64,000 bases of DNA from Basidiobolus meristosporus CBS 931.73 (GCA_002104905.1 MCFE01000512.1:1-64000), one strand, 5' to 3'; counted from the stretch's first letter, positions 23,814-36,292 are shown. The notes: generated from the letters alone by a model not told the origin. Numbers and translations are program-made.

Positions 23814-24851
23814 GTTGGCTCCTGCTGACACACTGGAAGGCAAACAGTTACTTTTATGTATGATTTGCTAGATTCATCAGCGATCATCAGCAACCAAACC
23901 CAGTTTACTAAATTATGAAGCAGAGGGGAGTAAAGTTAATCAGCATTTCATTTTCATTGTAATGATCGATGAGTAAAAGCTGATTAACACCGTAATCCAA
24001 GCGACCAATCACTTCAATAAATAAACACTCTTCAATTCTGCGCCGCCGCACGATTTGGGAATGACATTAGCGGTTGTGAAGAGACAAACCAAAATGACTC
24101 ATACTACGCCTTTTCAAGCTATGGCTTGAGGTGAGCTCACAGGAATGGCTTCGTTCTTACGTAGTTCTTGATTTCATAGTCATAGAATTGTAACCTGCTC
24201 GGGTTATATAGCGACCTGTAGCTATTTTAATGCGTATTATGGGATTATGAATGAATTCATATTTTACCAGTCATCATTCGGTAGCATTCTGAGCTAGATT
24301 AACGATTTAACATCAAGCGTTGCATCAACCACCACAAGATGATACAGCGCCACTATCCAAGGGATCTCTAATGCCGCAGATGAACTTCAAGTCGAAACAT
24401 GAACCTAGATTTGCGTTGATTTCAAATTGTAGATTCATAGGAATAGTGGTTGCTAAGGGTATTAATGTGAATTTATCACTGCGACTATTCACATATGGCT
24501 TTCCAAATGCTCAATGACGTAGCTACTTTTTCTTTTGGCGGTCGTTGCTGCTTCAATACACTGTGCCCACGGAATATGCTCAGTGTTGTAATGATTGTGC
24601 TTAGCAGGACTCACCGACTGCAGACTTTATGGAGGACACTTAATGTACCGATAAGTGCACTTAATTCAATAAATCTCGATTATCCATATGAGCCCATATC
24701 TTCACAAGTACTTAGTGGAAAGTCAACCACGGCTGGACATGGCATGTGAATTCATGGCTTCAAGTGAGTCAGATATAGGATGCAGTATAATAGACTACGC
24801 CAAATACCACTATAAAGTGAGCTTACGACTAGTTTTACGCTATTCATTAAA

Positions 24852-25406
24852 ATGCAGCTTACTCTCGCTTTGTTTGCTTTGTACTTTGCTTCTATTCATG
24901 CATTACCCGCCACAGAAGATACCTCTTCTCAGGTTAGCAACGACAACAACTTGTGCGGCGAGCAAATAAGTCCTTGCTACCAAGAAACTCAATCGCCTGC
25001 ATATGACTATCAGCAGGAACAGGATGAGGGTGATAGCTATATGGATGAGAATGAGGGCGAAGATGAAGGAGAAGGTGTGGACTCAATGGATGGCACTACA
25101 ACTCAGCCAGAGTCATCCTACAACATGCCCAGCTTCAGTATAGCCGATATGCAACCAAGACAGGCCTTGTTGGACAGAGTGGACGCTCATTCATCCAGTG
25201 ATGCTGATGCTCTGTCGAACTCTAATCAGTTTGACCAAGCGCAGGTTATCGACCAAACCCTCTATCAGCCTAAGCAGCAACAGCCCCAAATCATCATCAC
25301 TCAGCCAGCCACCCGAAGCTATGGTGGAGGCCAGAAGAAGTACAAGAGGTCGGCACATAAGTACTTCAAGATCAGATATTTCAGTGGGAACAGATACATT
25401 GAATAA
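24852..25406 (+). CDS. Family-A secreted protein, 184 aa
   Basis: Intact, with signal peptide. Confidence 0.9.
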   Translation: MQLTLALFALYFASIHALPATEDTSSQVSNDNNLCGEQISPCYQETQSPAYDYQQEQDEGDSYMDENEGEDEGEGVDSMDGTTTQPESSYNMPSFSIADMQPRQALLDRVDAHSSSDADALSNSNQFDQAQVIDQTLYQPKQQQPQIIITQPATRSYGGGQKKYKRSAHKYFKIRYFSGNRYIE

Positions 25407-25753
25407 ATAAACATGTCATTTGGCCGCCTAATATTAATATGAAACATCATCAACCGTGATTCGTGAATTACCACACCAAAGCTGAAATTTTATCAAAAGC
25501 ATATGCGTATATATTGGTGTATTTATCAGTGTATTTATCAGTGTATTTATCGTGCTGTAACCATATAAACTACGCGATATCAATGCGATTGAGCCGATGA
25601 TGGTAGAGCAAATACTGCTTTTCAATCTGACAAAGTGTGAGTTCATCAAAGTTAACTAACTATTGTTGCCATCAGTGTTGTAACCGTGTTATAATGGTTC
25701 CCCTGCTATATATTCCCGAGGGAATTCAGCAATGTACCCAGTAGTTCTCAAAG

Positions 25754-26272
25754 ATGCGTACATTCATTGTATCATTGATCTTGGGCCTTGCCTCTCTTCA
25801 AGCCACCATTGCTGCTCCAGTCCCATGCTCCGAATCATGTAATCGTGAGCATAGAAGAGTCCGTTATCGCAGGTATTCATGCTCGGACCAAGCAAGCAAC
25901 TGCTACCAGCAAGTCCAGGTTCAGCCCACTGTTGAAACGCCAAACGTCCAAGTGCCATTGTTGCGTCAGGTGTTCACCACCGTGACCAGAAAGCATGACA
26001 ATCTGAACACTGCCAACGCCAACAGTGACAAGAGTCTCGATGTTCAGTTTCAAGCAGGCCCTAGCCTCGAGGTAGAGGGCTCAGCCAGCGCATCCGAGCA
26101 CGCCAAACAGAAGAGTGCTGAACACTCAGAAGATGGCTCTGGTTACCCCATTGTTATAGGTCAGCCTGCACAAGATGAGACATACTCCACACCAGTAGTG
26201 GACACCCAATGCATCGAAGGGTGCTCTGACCAAGATACACAGTACACTGAGCCCATGGAAGATGCTCAATGA
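25754..26272 (+). CDS. Family-B secreted protein, 172-aa variant
   Basis: Intact but lacks exactly one of the two 20-aa C-terminal repeats. Confidence 0.88.
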   Translation: MRTFIVSLILGLASLQATIAAPVPCSESCNREHRRVRYRRYSCSDQASNCYQQVQVQPTVETPNVQVPLLRQVFTTVTRKHDNLNTANANSDKSLDVQFQAGPSLEVEGSASASEHAKQKSAEHSEDGSGYPIVIGQPAQDETYSTPVVDTQCIEGCSDQDTQYTEPMEDAQ

Positions 26273-26582
26273 ACCAACGACTGCACTTGAGCCCAAATCC
26301 AATAAAGCACCATTATTCATTTTATTTTTCGTCTCATATGTGATAGCAGAGATATAGCCATTAACAGCATGGGAACAAGAGCGTTTGACAAACTCAACAC
26401 CACGCCAATCTCCATATTTCCCTCTGATGACCCGAAGTCCAGCCACCAATTGAGGAGAGGGGTAAGAAACTGGTAAAGCTTGGCTATGCACGTCTTTAAG
26501 TCCTGCTTGGAGGTAGTGGGTGGCTCATTTAATAAGCTCAACGAGGGCTTAGTCAATATGGAGATCGGACATCCTAGAGTGT

Positions 26583-26911
26583 GGCTGACCGTCATCGTCA
26601 CTCAAGTCTTGGTCTTCATCCTCGTGGGGAGTAAATGGTTACACATATGTCGACGTAGATGGTTGGAAAGTGCCTGAGCATTCTGTGCGGAGTTAGCTTA
26701 AACATTGTCCAACAACGATAGGTGACTGGGAACTCTAGCTGATAATCTGTCGGTGCATATGGAATCGATGGTTCAGTCTCATAGTCCACTTGGACACCCA
26801 GGTCTACTTATTGATTGCCATATGTAGCAATGGGCGATGCATTGGATACACCGGATAGGAATACCAATGTTGGACAAAATGCGTGGATAAAATGCGGAAA
26901 TAAGGTTGCAT
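26583..26911 (-). pseudogene. C*-subtype pseudogene, 3'-truncated
   Basis: ATG at 26911, frameshifting insertion at the same place as in 20207-20637, tail deleted. Confidence 0.75.
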
Positions 26912-27383
26912 ATTGGCACTTAGTTACACACTGGAATACAAAAAGTTGCTTTTGTTTTTATCAACAATCATCAGCAGCCAAAGCTCAGTTGATAGCTATT
27001 CTATGTGGCCAATCATCAATAAAAACAATCCACAGCCAATTGAACCTATGTATCATCGATCTACGTATTTCATTACCTATACCATCATCCATTTATTGCT
27101 ATCCACGATTGCTCACCACTATTTCATTTTAGTAGTTTGTTCAATATTGCTCGCAAATTGTAGGGTACAAAACCACACTATTGTTTAAGGGTTCATTGCC
27201 AGAATGTTCATGATGCTCATTCCACTCATCCCAGTGGTCACGTCTCCGCTGTTTCTTCCGGATATCAATTGTTATAATCTTGTTTGTAGAAGAAATGTGG
27301 GTGTTTTATAGCTTGCAGAAATAGCGATTATATGATGGGATTTATTATGAATGCCAAACTAGTGTTTACATGATCTGATTGAA

Positions 27384-27818
27384 TCAAGAGCTGCCTCTGT
27401 ATCCACGTCTACGGTAGCGTCGTTGACAACGTTTGCATGATGGCTGATCGTCGTCGTCACTCGAGTCTTGAGTGTCATCCTCGTCGGGAGTAAACGGTTG
27501 CACATATGTCGGTGCAGATGGTTGGTACAATGTTTGATCTACTTGCTGCACTTGCTCAAACTGATTCTGGTTGGAAAGTGCCTGAGCGTTCTGTGCAGAG
27601 TTCGTCTGAGCGTTGTTCAACAATGGATAGGCGTTTGGGGACTCTAGTTGATAGTATGTTGGTGCATATGACACTAATGGTTCATTGTCGGTGTTGCCAC
27701 CAAAGTCCACCGGGATGCCCTGGTCTATTTGCTGGTTGTCATACGTTGCGATGGGTGATGCATAAGATACACCAAATAGGAATACAAAGGCGGATAGGAT
27801 GCGGAAAGTGCGTTGCAT
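27384..27818 (-). CDS. Family-C secreted protein, 144 aa
   Basis: Intact. Confidence 0.9.
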   Translation of the reverse strand: MQRTFRILSAFVFLFGVSYASPIATYDNQQIDQGIPVDFGGNTDNEPLVSYAPTYYQLESPNAYPLLNNAQTNSAQNAQALSNQNQFEQVQQVDQTLYQPSAPTYVQPFTPDEDDTQDSSDDDDQPSCKRCQRRYRRRGYRGSS

Positions 27819-28108
27819 GTTGGCGCTTGATGGCACACTGGAAGGTAAACAGTTGCATTTATGTATGGTTTGCTAGATTCATCAGCGATCATCAGCAACC
27901 AAACCCCGTTTACTAAATTATGAAGCAAAGGTGAGTAAAGTTAATCACCATTTCACTTTCATTGCAATGATCAGTGAATAAGAGTTGATTAACACCGTAA
28001 TTCAGGCGACCAATCACTTCAGTACATCAAGAAAAATAAATCAACATTTCTCTTCAATTCTGGGCGTGCTATACCACTTTGGTATGACAGGACGAGGGTG
28101 ATCGCTAT

Positions 28109-28462
28109 ATGGATGAGAATGAGGGCGAAGGTGAGGACTCGATGGATGACACTTCAACTCAGCCAGAGTCATCCTACGACATGCCAAACTTCAATATAGC
28201 CGACATGCAACCAAGACAAGCCCTATTGGACAGAGTGAACGCTCACTCATCCAGTGATGCTGATGCCCTGTCGAACTCTAATCAGTTTGACCAAGCGCAG
28301 GTAGTCGATCAAACCTTCTATCAGCCTAAGCAGCAACAGCCACGGATCATCATTACCCAGCCAGCCACCCGTAGCTATGGTGGAGGCCAGAAGAAGTACA
28401 AGAGGTCGGCACATAAGTACTTCAAGATCAGATATTTCAGTGGGAATCGATACATTGAATAA
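28109..28462 (+). pseudogene. Family-A copy lacking promoter and signal peptide
   Basis: Same deletion junction as 21823-21825, here at 28087-28089. Confidence 0.8.
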
Positions 28463-28806
28463 ATAAACATGTCATTTGGCCACCCTATATTAATATGAAA
28501 CATCATCAGCCGTGGTTCGTGAATTACCACACTACTGCTGAAATATCAAAAGCATATGCGTATATATTAGGGTATATATTGGTGTATTTATCAGTGTATT
28601 TATCGTACTGTAACCATAGAAACTACGCGATATCAATGCGATTGAGCCGATGATGGTAGAGCGAATGCTGCTTTTCAATCTGACAAGGTGTGAGTTCATC
28701 AAAGTTAACTAACTATGGCTACCATCAGTGTTGTAACCATGTTATACTGGTTCCCATGCTATATATTCCTGAGTGTAATTAGCAATGTGCTCAGTAGTTC
28801 TCAAAG

Positions 28807-29385
28807 ATGCGTGCATTCATTTTATCATTGATCTTGGGCCTTGCCTCTCTTCAAGCCACCATTGCTGCTCCAGTCCCATGCTCCGAATCATGTAATCGTG
28901 AGCATAGAAGAGTACGTTATCGCAGGTATTCATGCTCGGACCAAGCAAGCAACTGCTACCAGCAAGTGCAGGTTCAGCCCACTGTTGAAACGCCAAACGT
29001 CCAAGTGCCACTGTTGCGTCAGGTGTTCACCACCGTGACCAGAAAGCATGACAATCTGAACACTGCCAACGCCAACAGTGACAAGAGTCTCGATGTTCAG
29101 TTTCAAGCAGGCCCTAGCCTGGAAGTAGAGGGTTCAGCCAGCGCATCCGAGTACGCCAAACAGAAGGGTGCTGAACACTCAGACGATGGCTCTGGTTACC
29201 CCATTGTTATGGTTCAGCCTGCGCAAGATGAGACATACTCCACACCAGTAGTGGACACCCAATGCATCGAAGGATGCTCTGACCAAGATACACAGTACAC
29301 TGAGCCCATGGAAGATGTTCAATGTGACGATAACTGTGCTGATCAGGACTCACAGTATTCTGAGCCCATGGAAGACACTCAATGA
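28807..29385 (+). CDS. Family-B secreted protein, 192 aa
   Basis: Intact. Confidence 0.9.
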   Translation: MRAFILSLILGLASLQATIAAPVPCSESCNREHRRVRYRRYSCSDQASNCYQQVQVQPTVETPNVQVPLLRQVFTTVTRKHDNLNTANANSDKSLDVQFQAGPSLEVEGSASASEYAKQKGAEHSDDGSGYPIVMVQPAQDETYSTPVVDTQCIEGCSDQDTQYTEPMEDVQCDDNCADQDSQYSEPMEDTQ

Positions 29386-29960
29386 CCCCACGACTGCACT
29401 TAAGCCCAAATCCAATAAAGTTCCATTATTTTTCGCCTCATATGTGATAGCAGAAATATAGCCGTTATCAGCATGGGAGCAAGGGCGTTTGTCAAACTCA
29501 ACACCACGCTAATTTCCATACTTCCCTCTGATGACCCGAAGTCCAGCTACCAACTCAGGAGAAGAGTAAGAAGCTGGTAAGGCTTGGCTATGCACGTGTT
29601 TAAGTACTGCTCGGAGGTAGTAGATGACATATTTAATAAGCTCAACCCGGGCCTAGTCAATATGGAGATAGGGCATCCTAGAGTGTATCGCTATCTCAAG
29701 AAGTCCAACTATTACTCACTACCATTGCCAGAAAACATAGTATCCTGAGCGCACATATAACATGCACAACAGACGAGTGATTCTTATTATAAATGAGAAA
29801 ATTAGCGCTTGATCGGCTCTTTCCCTTACTACAATCTCTGTTGATACTCGCCATTATTCCACCCATCCTTGTGGGCACATCTCTCGTGTATCTTTTTTTC
29901 CTAGTGTTTATATTTGAAAGCTTGTTTACAGAAGAATTGGGTGTACTTGGTAGCCTTAGG

Positions 29961-30346
29961 TAGCTGTTTACACGATGGCTGATCGTCGTCGTCACTCGAG
30001 TCTTGGTCTTCATCCTCGTCGGGAGTAATTGATTGCACATATGTCGATGCAGATGATTGGTACAATGTCTGATCTCTTTGCTGCACCTGGCTATACTGAT
30101 TCTGGTTGGGAAGTGCCTGAGTATTCTGTACGGAATTAGTTTGAATATTGTTCAACAAGGGATGGGGACTCCAGCTGGTAGTCTGTCGGCGCATATGATA
30201 TCGATGGTTCAGTCTCATAGTCCACTTGAACACCCAGGTCCACCTATTGGTTGCCATATGTAGCAATAGGCGATGCATAGGATACACCGAATAGGAATAC
30301 CAAGGTGAATAAAATGCGTGGATAAAATTCGGAAATTACGTCGCAT
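29961..30346 (-). pseudogene. C*-subtype pseudogene
   Basis: ATG at 30346, the same signal-region insertion, further shifts, and a truncated tail. Confidence 0.75.
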
Positions 30347-30679
30347 ATTGGCTCTTGGTTGCTTTTGTGTTTATCTACGATGTATCATCCATTTATGTAG
30401 ATTGCCTGCCACTAGTCCATTTTAGTAGCTTATTCATTATTGTTCGCAAATTGGAGAGAACAAAACCAAAATGTTTGATGTGAGGAGTCATTGCTCATTC
30501 CACACATACCTGTGGTCACGTCTCCTCTGATGTCAGTTGGTTTAATCTTGATTGCAGAAGAAATGTGTGTGTTGGATAGATTACAGTAGCAGCGATTATT
30601 TCATAGGATTAATTATGAATGCCATATACGATAGGATTTATTATGAATGCCAAACTAGTGTTTACATGATCCGATTGAG

Positions 30680-31114
30680 TCAAAAGCGGCCTCTGTATTT
30701 ACGTCTACGGTAGCGTCGTTGACAACGTTTACACGATGGCTGGTCGTCATCGTCACTCGAGTCTTTATTGTCATCCTCGTCGGGAGTAATTGATTGCACA
30801 TATGTCGGCGCAGATGGTTGGTACAATGTCTGATCGACTTGCTGCACCTGCTCGTATTGATTCTGGTTGGAAAGTGCCTGAGCGTTCTGTGCAGAATTCG
30901 TTTGAGCGTTGTCTAGCAATGGATAGGCGTCTGGGGACTCTAGCTGATAGTATGTTGGTGTATATGACATTGATGGTTCATTGTCGGCATTGCCACCAAA
31001 GTCCACTGGGATGCCCTGGTCTACTTGCTGGTTGTCATACGTTGCAATGGGCGTTGCATAAGATGCACCGAATAGGAATACTAAGGCGGATAGAATGCGG
31101 AAAGTGCGTTGCAT
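30680..31114 (-). CDS. Family-C secreted protein, 144 aa
   Basis: Intact. Confidence 0.9.
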   Translation of the reverse strand: MQRTFRILSALVFLFGASYATPIATYDNQQVDQGIPVDFGGNADNEPSMSYTPTYYQLESPDAYPLLDNAQTNSAQNAQALSNQNQYEQVQQVDQTLYQPSAPTYVQSITPDEDDNKDSSDDDDQPSCKRCQRRYRRRKYRGRF

Positions 31115-32103
31115 GTTGGCTCTTGATGACACACTGGAAGGCAAACAGTTGCTTTTATGTATGGTTTGCTAGATTCATCAGCGATCATCAGCAACCAAAC
31201 CCCGTTTACTAAATTATGAAGCAGAGGGGAGTAAAGTTAATCAGCATTTCACTTTCATTGCAATGATCAGTGAATAGGTGTTGATTGAAACCGTAATCTA
31301 AGCGACCAATCACTTCAGTACATGAAGAAAAATAAATAAACATTCTTCAATTCTTTTAGAATGACATTAGCGGTTGTCAAGAGACAAACCAAAATGACTT
31401 GAAGTGAGCACACAGGAATGGCTTCGTTCTTACGTAGTTCTTGATTTCATAGTCGTAGAATGGGAACCTGTAGCTATATTAATGCGTATTATGGGATTAT
31501 GAATGAATTGATATTTTATCAGTCATCATTCGGTAGTATACTGAGCTAGATTTACGATTTAGCATTAAGCATTGCATCAACCACCACAAGATGATACAGC
31601 GCCTCTATCCAAGGGATCTCTATTGCCGCAGATGAACTTCAAGTCGAAACATGAGCCTAGATTTGCGTTGATTTCAATTTGTAGATTCGTAGGAATGGTG
31701 ATTACTAAGGATATTAATGTGTATTTGTCACCGCGACTATTAACATATGGCTTTCCAAATGCTCAATGATGTAGCTACTTTTTCTTTTGGCCGTCGTTGC
31801 TGATTCAATACACTGAGCCCATGGAATATGCTCAGTGCTGTAATGATTGTGCTTAGTAGGACTCACCGACTGCGGACTTTACGGACGACACTTAATGTAC
31901 CGGCAACTGCACTTAATTCAATGAATCTCGATTATCCATATGAGCCCATATCTTCACAAGTACTTAGTGGAAAGTCAACCACGGCTGGACATGGCATGTG
32001 AATTCATGGCTTCAAGTGAGTCAGATATAGGATGCAGTATAATAGACTACGCCAAATACCACTATAAAGTGAGCTTACGACTGGTTTTACGCTATTCATC
32101 AAA

Positions 32104-32658
32104 ATGCAGCTTACTCTCGCTTTGTTCGCTTTGTACTTTGCATCTATCCATGCATTACCCGCCACAGAAGATACCTCTTCTCAGGTTAGCAACGACAGCA
32201 ACTTGTGCGGGGAGCAAGTAAGTCCTTGCTACCAAGAAACTCAATCGCCTGCATACGACTATCAGCCGGAACAGGACGAGGGTGATAGCTATATGGATGA
32301 GAATGAGGGCGAAGATGAAGGCGAAGGTGCAGACTCAATGGATGAAGTTTCAACTCAGCCAGAGTCATCCTACAACATGCCCAGCTTCAATATAGCCGAT
32401 ATGCAACCAAGACAGGCCTTGTTGGACAGAGTGAGCGCTCACTCATCCAGTGATGCTGATGCTCTGTCGAACTCTAATCAGTTTGACCAAGCGCAGGTTG
32501 TTGACCAAACCCTCTATCAACCTAAGAGGCAGCAGCCCCAGATCATCATCACTCAGCCAGCCGCCCGTAGCTATGGTGGAGGCCGGAAGAAGTACAAGAG
32601 ATCGGCGCATAAGTACTTCAAGTTCAGATATACCAGTGGGAACCAATACATCGATTAA
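32104..32658 (+). CDS. Family-A secreted protein, 184 aa
   Basis: Intact, with signal peptide. Confidence 0.9.
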   Translation: MQLTLALFALYFASIHALPATEDTSSQVSNDSNLCGEQVSPCYQETQSPAYDYQPEQDEGDSYMDENEGEDEGEGADSMDEVSTQPESSYNMPSFNIADMQPRQALLDRVSAHSSSDADALSNSNQFDQAQVVDQTLYQPKRQQPQIIITQPAARSYGGGRKKYKRSAHKYFKFRYTSGNQYID

Positions 32659-32946
32659 ATAAACATTTCAATTGACCACCTTATATTAATATGAAACATC
32701 ATCAGCCGTGATTCGCGAATTACCACACTACAGCTGAAATATCAAAAGCATATGTGTATATGTTGGTGTATTTATCGTACTGCAATCATGTAAACCACAC
32801 AATATCAATGCAATTGAGCCGATGATGGTGGAGAGATTGCTAATTTGAGATCTGATCAAAGTTAACTAACTATTGCTACCATCAATGTTGTAACCATGCT
32901 ATATATTCCCGAGGGAATTCAGCAATGAACTCAGTAGTTCTCAAAG

Positions 32947-33284
32947 ATGCGTACATTCATTGATCTTGGGCCTTGCTTCTCTTCAAGCCATCATTGCTGT
33001 TCCAGTCCCATGCTCCAAATCATGCAATCGTGAGCATAGAAGAGTCCGTTATCACAGGTATTCATGCTCGGACCAAGCAAGCAACTGCTACCAGCAAGTC
33101 TGCCAAAGCCAACAGTGACAAGAGTCTCAATGCTCAGTTTCAAGCAGGCCCTAGCCTCGAAGTAGAAGGCTCAGCCAGTGCATCCGAGTATGCCAAACAG
33201 AAGAGTGCTGAACACTCAGAAGATGGCACCAATTACCCTATTGTTATGGCACAGCCTGCACAAGATGAGACATACTCCACACCA
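32947..33284 (+). pseudogene. Family-B pseudogene
   Basis: An 8-nt deletion after MRTFI shifts the frame, an internal deletion removes half of the core, and the 3' end is truncated. Confidence 0.85.
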
Positions 33285-33653
33285 TATGGAAATCGGGTCT
33301 CTATTCCAAGAAGCTATTATAGAATGCAAGGAGAATTTGGTGCGTGTCAAATCCAGTAATCTGGTCCTTTTGACTCACACTCATTGGTACCAGCAGAGCG
33401 AGAAAATACGAAAGCCCAACTATTGCTCACTACCATTACCAGCACATGACTAATATGCATTCTTATTATAATTGTGGAAATTGGTGCCTGATCGGCTCTT
33501 TCCATTACTTCAATCTCTGTTGACCACCCATCTTTGTGGTCATGTGACTTTTTCCTGGTGTTAATTGTCAGAGACTGGTTACATAAATAGGGAAAATGGA
33601 GTGATGTTGGTCATATATTACATTATCTTATTTATCACACAATAGTATTAACC

Positions 33654-33950
33654 CTACTCATATCTATAGCCATCTCTGTATCTACATCTACAGCAGTGTT
33701 GTTGACAACTTTGATTGTTGTTGTCACTTGAGTCTGGAGTAAACAATTGCACAAATGTGGGCATAGATGGTTGGTACAATGTTTGATCTACTTGGTGCAT
33801 CTGGTCATACTGATTCTTGTTGAAATGCGCCTGTGTGTTCTGTGCAGAATATGCCTGAGCATTGTCTAGCAATGGACAAGCATCTGGGGACTATAGTGGC
33901 AGTATGTTGGTGCATACAACATAAATGGTTTATTGCTGGCACTCAAGGAT
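33654..33950 (-). pseudogene. Family-C pseudogene (terminal, CpG-eroded)
   Basis: LDNAQAYSAQNTQAHFNKNQYDQMHQVDQTLYQPS...; 5' part lost. Confidence 0.8.
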
Positions 33951-35595
33951 TTTGTACCAAAGCACAAGATAACAAAACACTAGGCAGATTCTGTAACAGC
34001 CATGCCAAAGAATATGCATATGTTTATTATGGAGATCTAATGGGAACACTTGCTAAGGTACAGATAGGTAAAGTGCTCAATCAAAGAATTGGGATATTTA
34101 GATGGATTGGATCTGGATCACTTTGTGAAGATCTTGCAATAGCTTCACATCAATTCTGTTAGCTTAGATTTCAGCCAACCCATCTTGATTTCAGCCAATT
34201 CATCCTGATATCTTGGCAGCCTTACAATGCTAATTTTAGTCACTTTTCCTCATGAAGTCTTAACAGTGTTTTGTAGGTATCTAAGCAGTCTCATCACAGT
34301 CTCATCACAGCATCTGGGTGCTTTCCCCATTTCTACATTATAGGAACTCCCATTTCAATGAGAAATTTGATGGTGCTCTGATGACTCTTCAGTGGCATTG
34401 TTACAGCCTTGTTGCAGAGTCGGAGTTCTTTTCAACTTTCTATGCCATTGGAATTCCTTCTGTTGGAAACAAACTTATATGTGTACTAAGTGTGCTTCCA
34501 TAGCCTTATCATAGCCTTGTTACGGTGTTGATATTATTTTAGTTTGATGCCCAAAAATCACTATATTCTATAAACTCAACAATATTGCTCAAACTACTCA
34601 GCTCCATTATACCCCCACTGTACCAATGGGATACTTGAAGATATAGAAATTTTCCTTTTGTTTACCCACTCACACCATTATTTATACACATATAGTTTAA
34701 ATCAAAAATAACTACTGATTCTTCTTAATGCACCTTAGCATATGCTTATACCTGCACAATTAGGACACTTGTATCACACCCACAAGATGGTACTTCATCC
34801 AAGTGTTTACAAAGCTCCCATATGCAGCATACTGTTGGTGGCACATTATTTTGGCAAATTAAAGATCTGTGATATATCTCACCTGCTCTGTTGGAAACTC
34901 TATAAATGTGATGCATGGACTCAAAGTCTGTATGTACTTTGTCAGACTTAACAGAGTATGAATGCAATGGGAGAGGACACTCATATGCCCTGTCTTGTGC
35001 CTGTAAAGGAGTGGCTCAAGCCTTTATACATGCCCATTACATAGCAGCCATAGATGCAACATGCTGACATTGGTGATGAGCATCAGGAGGAACATTGCTA
35101 CTACACCTACATACAACTCACTATGCTTCAAGTGTGCTGTAGGTAGAAGCTGTCTCAAAGGGGCAATAGAATAAAATATATTCCACCCCACCAGTTCTCA
35201 CATTCAGATCATTGCAAATGCATATGCTTCTTGATTAGTTCCCATATAGGCACAAAAGTCAATAAATGCACTGCAGTAATTTGCCAATGCTTTCTATTTT
35301 CACCAGGATTCCAGGTGATTGAAGTGGGCACTATTATCTCTTATGCAGTTCTGTGATTACTGCTGGAGTATTGCTGAATGGCAAATTTGTTGCTTCTGAT
35401 TGAAAGCCTTTACCCCAGCTGAAGTAATCCTTTTTGTTGTATGAGGTTTGGGACAAACTCCATATTCTGACTTTTGACAATTAACATGCTAACCATTGGG
35501 CATACTAATGCTAATCTCTGTATGTTCTTTTTGAGGAAGCTGTATACTCCAATCATTGTTGTTAAGAGAAGAATAGTAGATACCTATAATGGAAT

Positions 35596-36292
35596 AGTTG
35601 TGCATCAACATTTAAAACTTAGCCAAATTTACTCCGTTTGAAAATCTAGTACCCTAACTGATTTTCCCTAACCCAAACATAACAAATCTCAGTTACAGTT
35701 TATTTTATCCCACCTCAGAATCTATTTTTAGCTATCACACCTGATGTATTTTCAAATGGTCATTATGTTATCAACCTATCTGCCAAGCCTTCCCAGGTGA
35801 TTAGTCATCTGAGATCTATCCAACCACTATGCAGTTGCCAAGACATCAGTTGATTGATGATGTAATTTTCATTTATCTTATGCACCTATGAACACCCAAA
35901 TTGATTTCAATCAATCTAGTCCCTTGGCGCTTACTAATTCAACTAGATCAGAAAAGTATAAATAAAGTTTACTGAACCTTTTGGTTTAGTGTGTGTCTCA
36001 ACAAAATTTAGATTCTGTCTCAGAAAACATAAGAATCCAACAATTCTGTTCTAGTTTCTATCCAAGCCTAGTATATCTAGCAGTCCAAAGAACACCAAGC
36101 CTAGCCTGCCTAGCAAACAAATATCATTTTCTTTATAGCCAACCTAGCTATATCCAAGACCAATATTAGATCAAAATCTTTCTGCTAACATTTCCGCCAC
36201 TCTCTGACAATTCTAAGATTCTGCACTTAATTGTCTCTTTGGTTCAGTTAAACCATTCAAGAGTTTTATTACACTTTCTCTTGGATACAACA
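35596..36292 (+). repeat. 5' LTR
   Basis: (A)GTTGTG...GATACAACA. About 18 mismatches to the 3' LTR by manual count (about 97% identical). Confidence 0.95.

Larger units (their letters stand above)
9750..33950. repeat. Tandem array of a three-gene A(+)-B(+)-C(-) module, units about 3.0-4.1 kb
   Basis: B starts at 12085, 15881, 18985, 22555, 25754, 28807 and 32947, with homologous intergenic sequence repeated between them. Confidence 0.95.

Noticed and set aside
12095-31212. Recurrent antisense or alternate-frame ORFs (MALGRLAFQQW..., MPLFKPPLLL..., MIAHMSAQMVG..., MMLMLCR...)
   Set aside because: They overlap A, B or C and recur only because the DNA is duplicated. Starts and lengths vary, and there are no signal or compositional features.
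35650-35675. CCCTAA telomere-like hexamers
   Set aside because: Only two non-adjacent copies, part of the LTR (also at about 40870 and 52280); not a telomeric tract.
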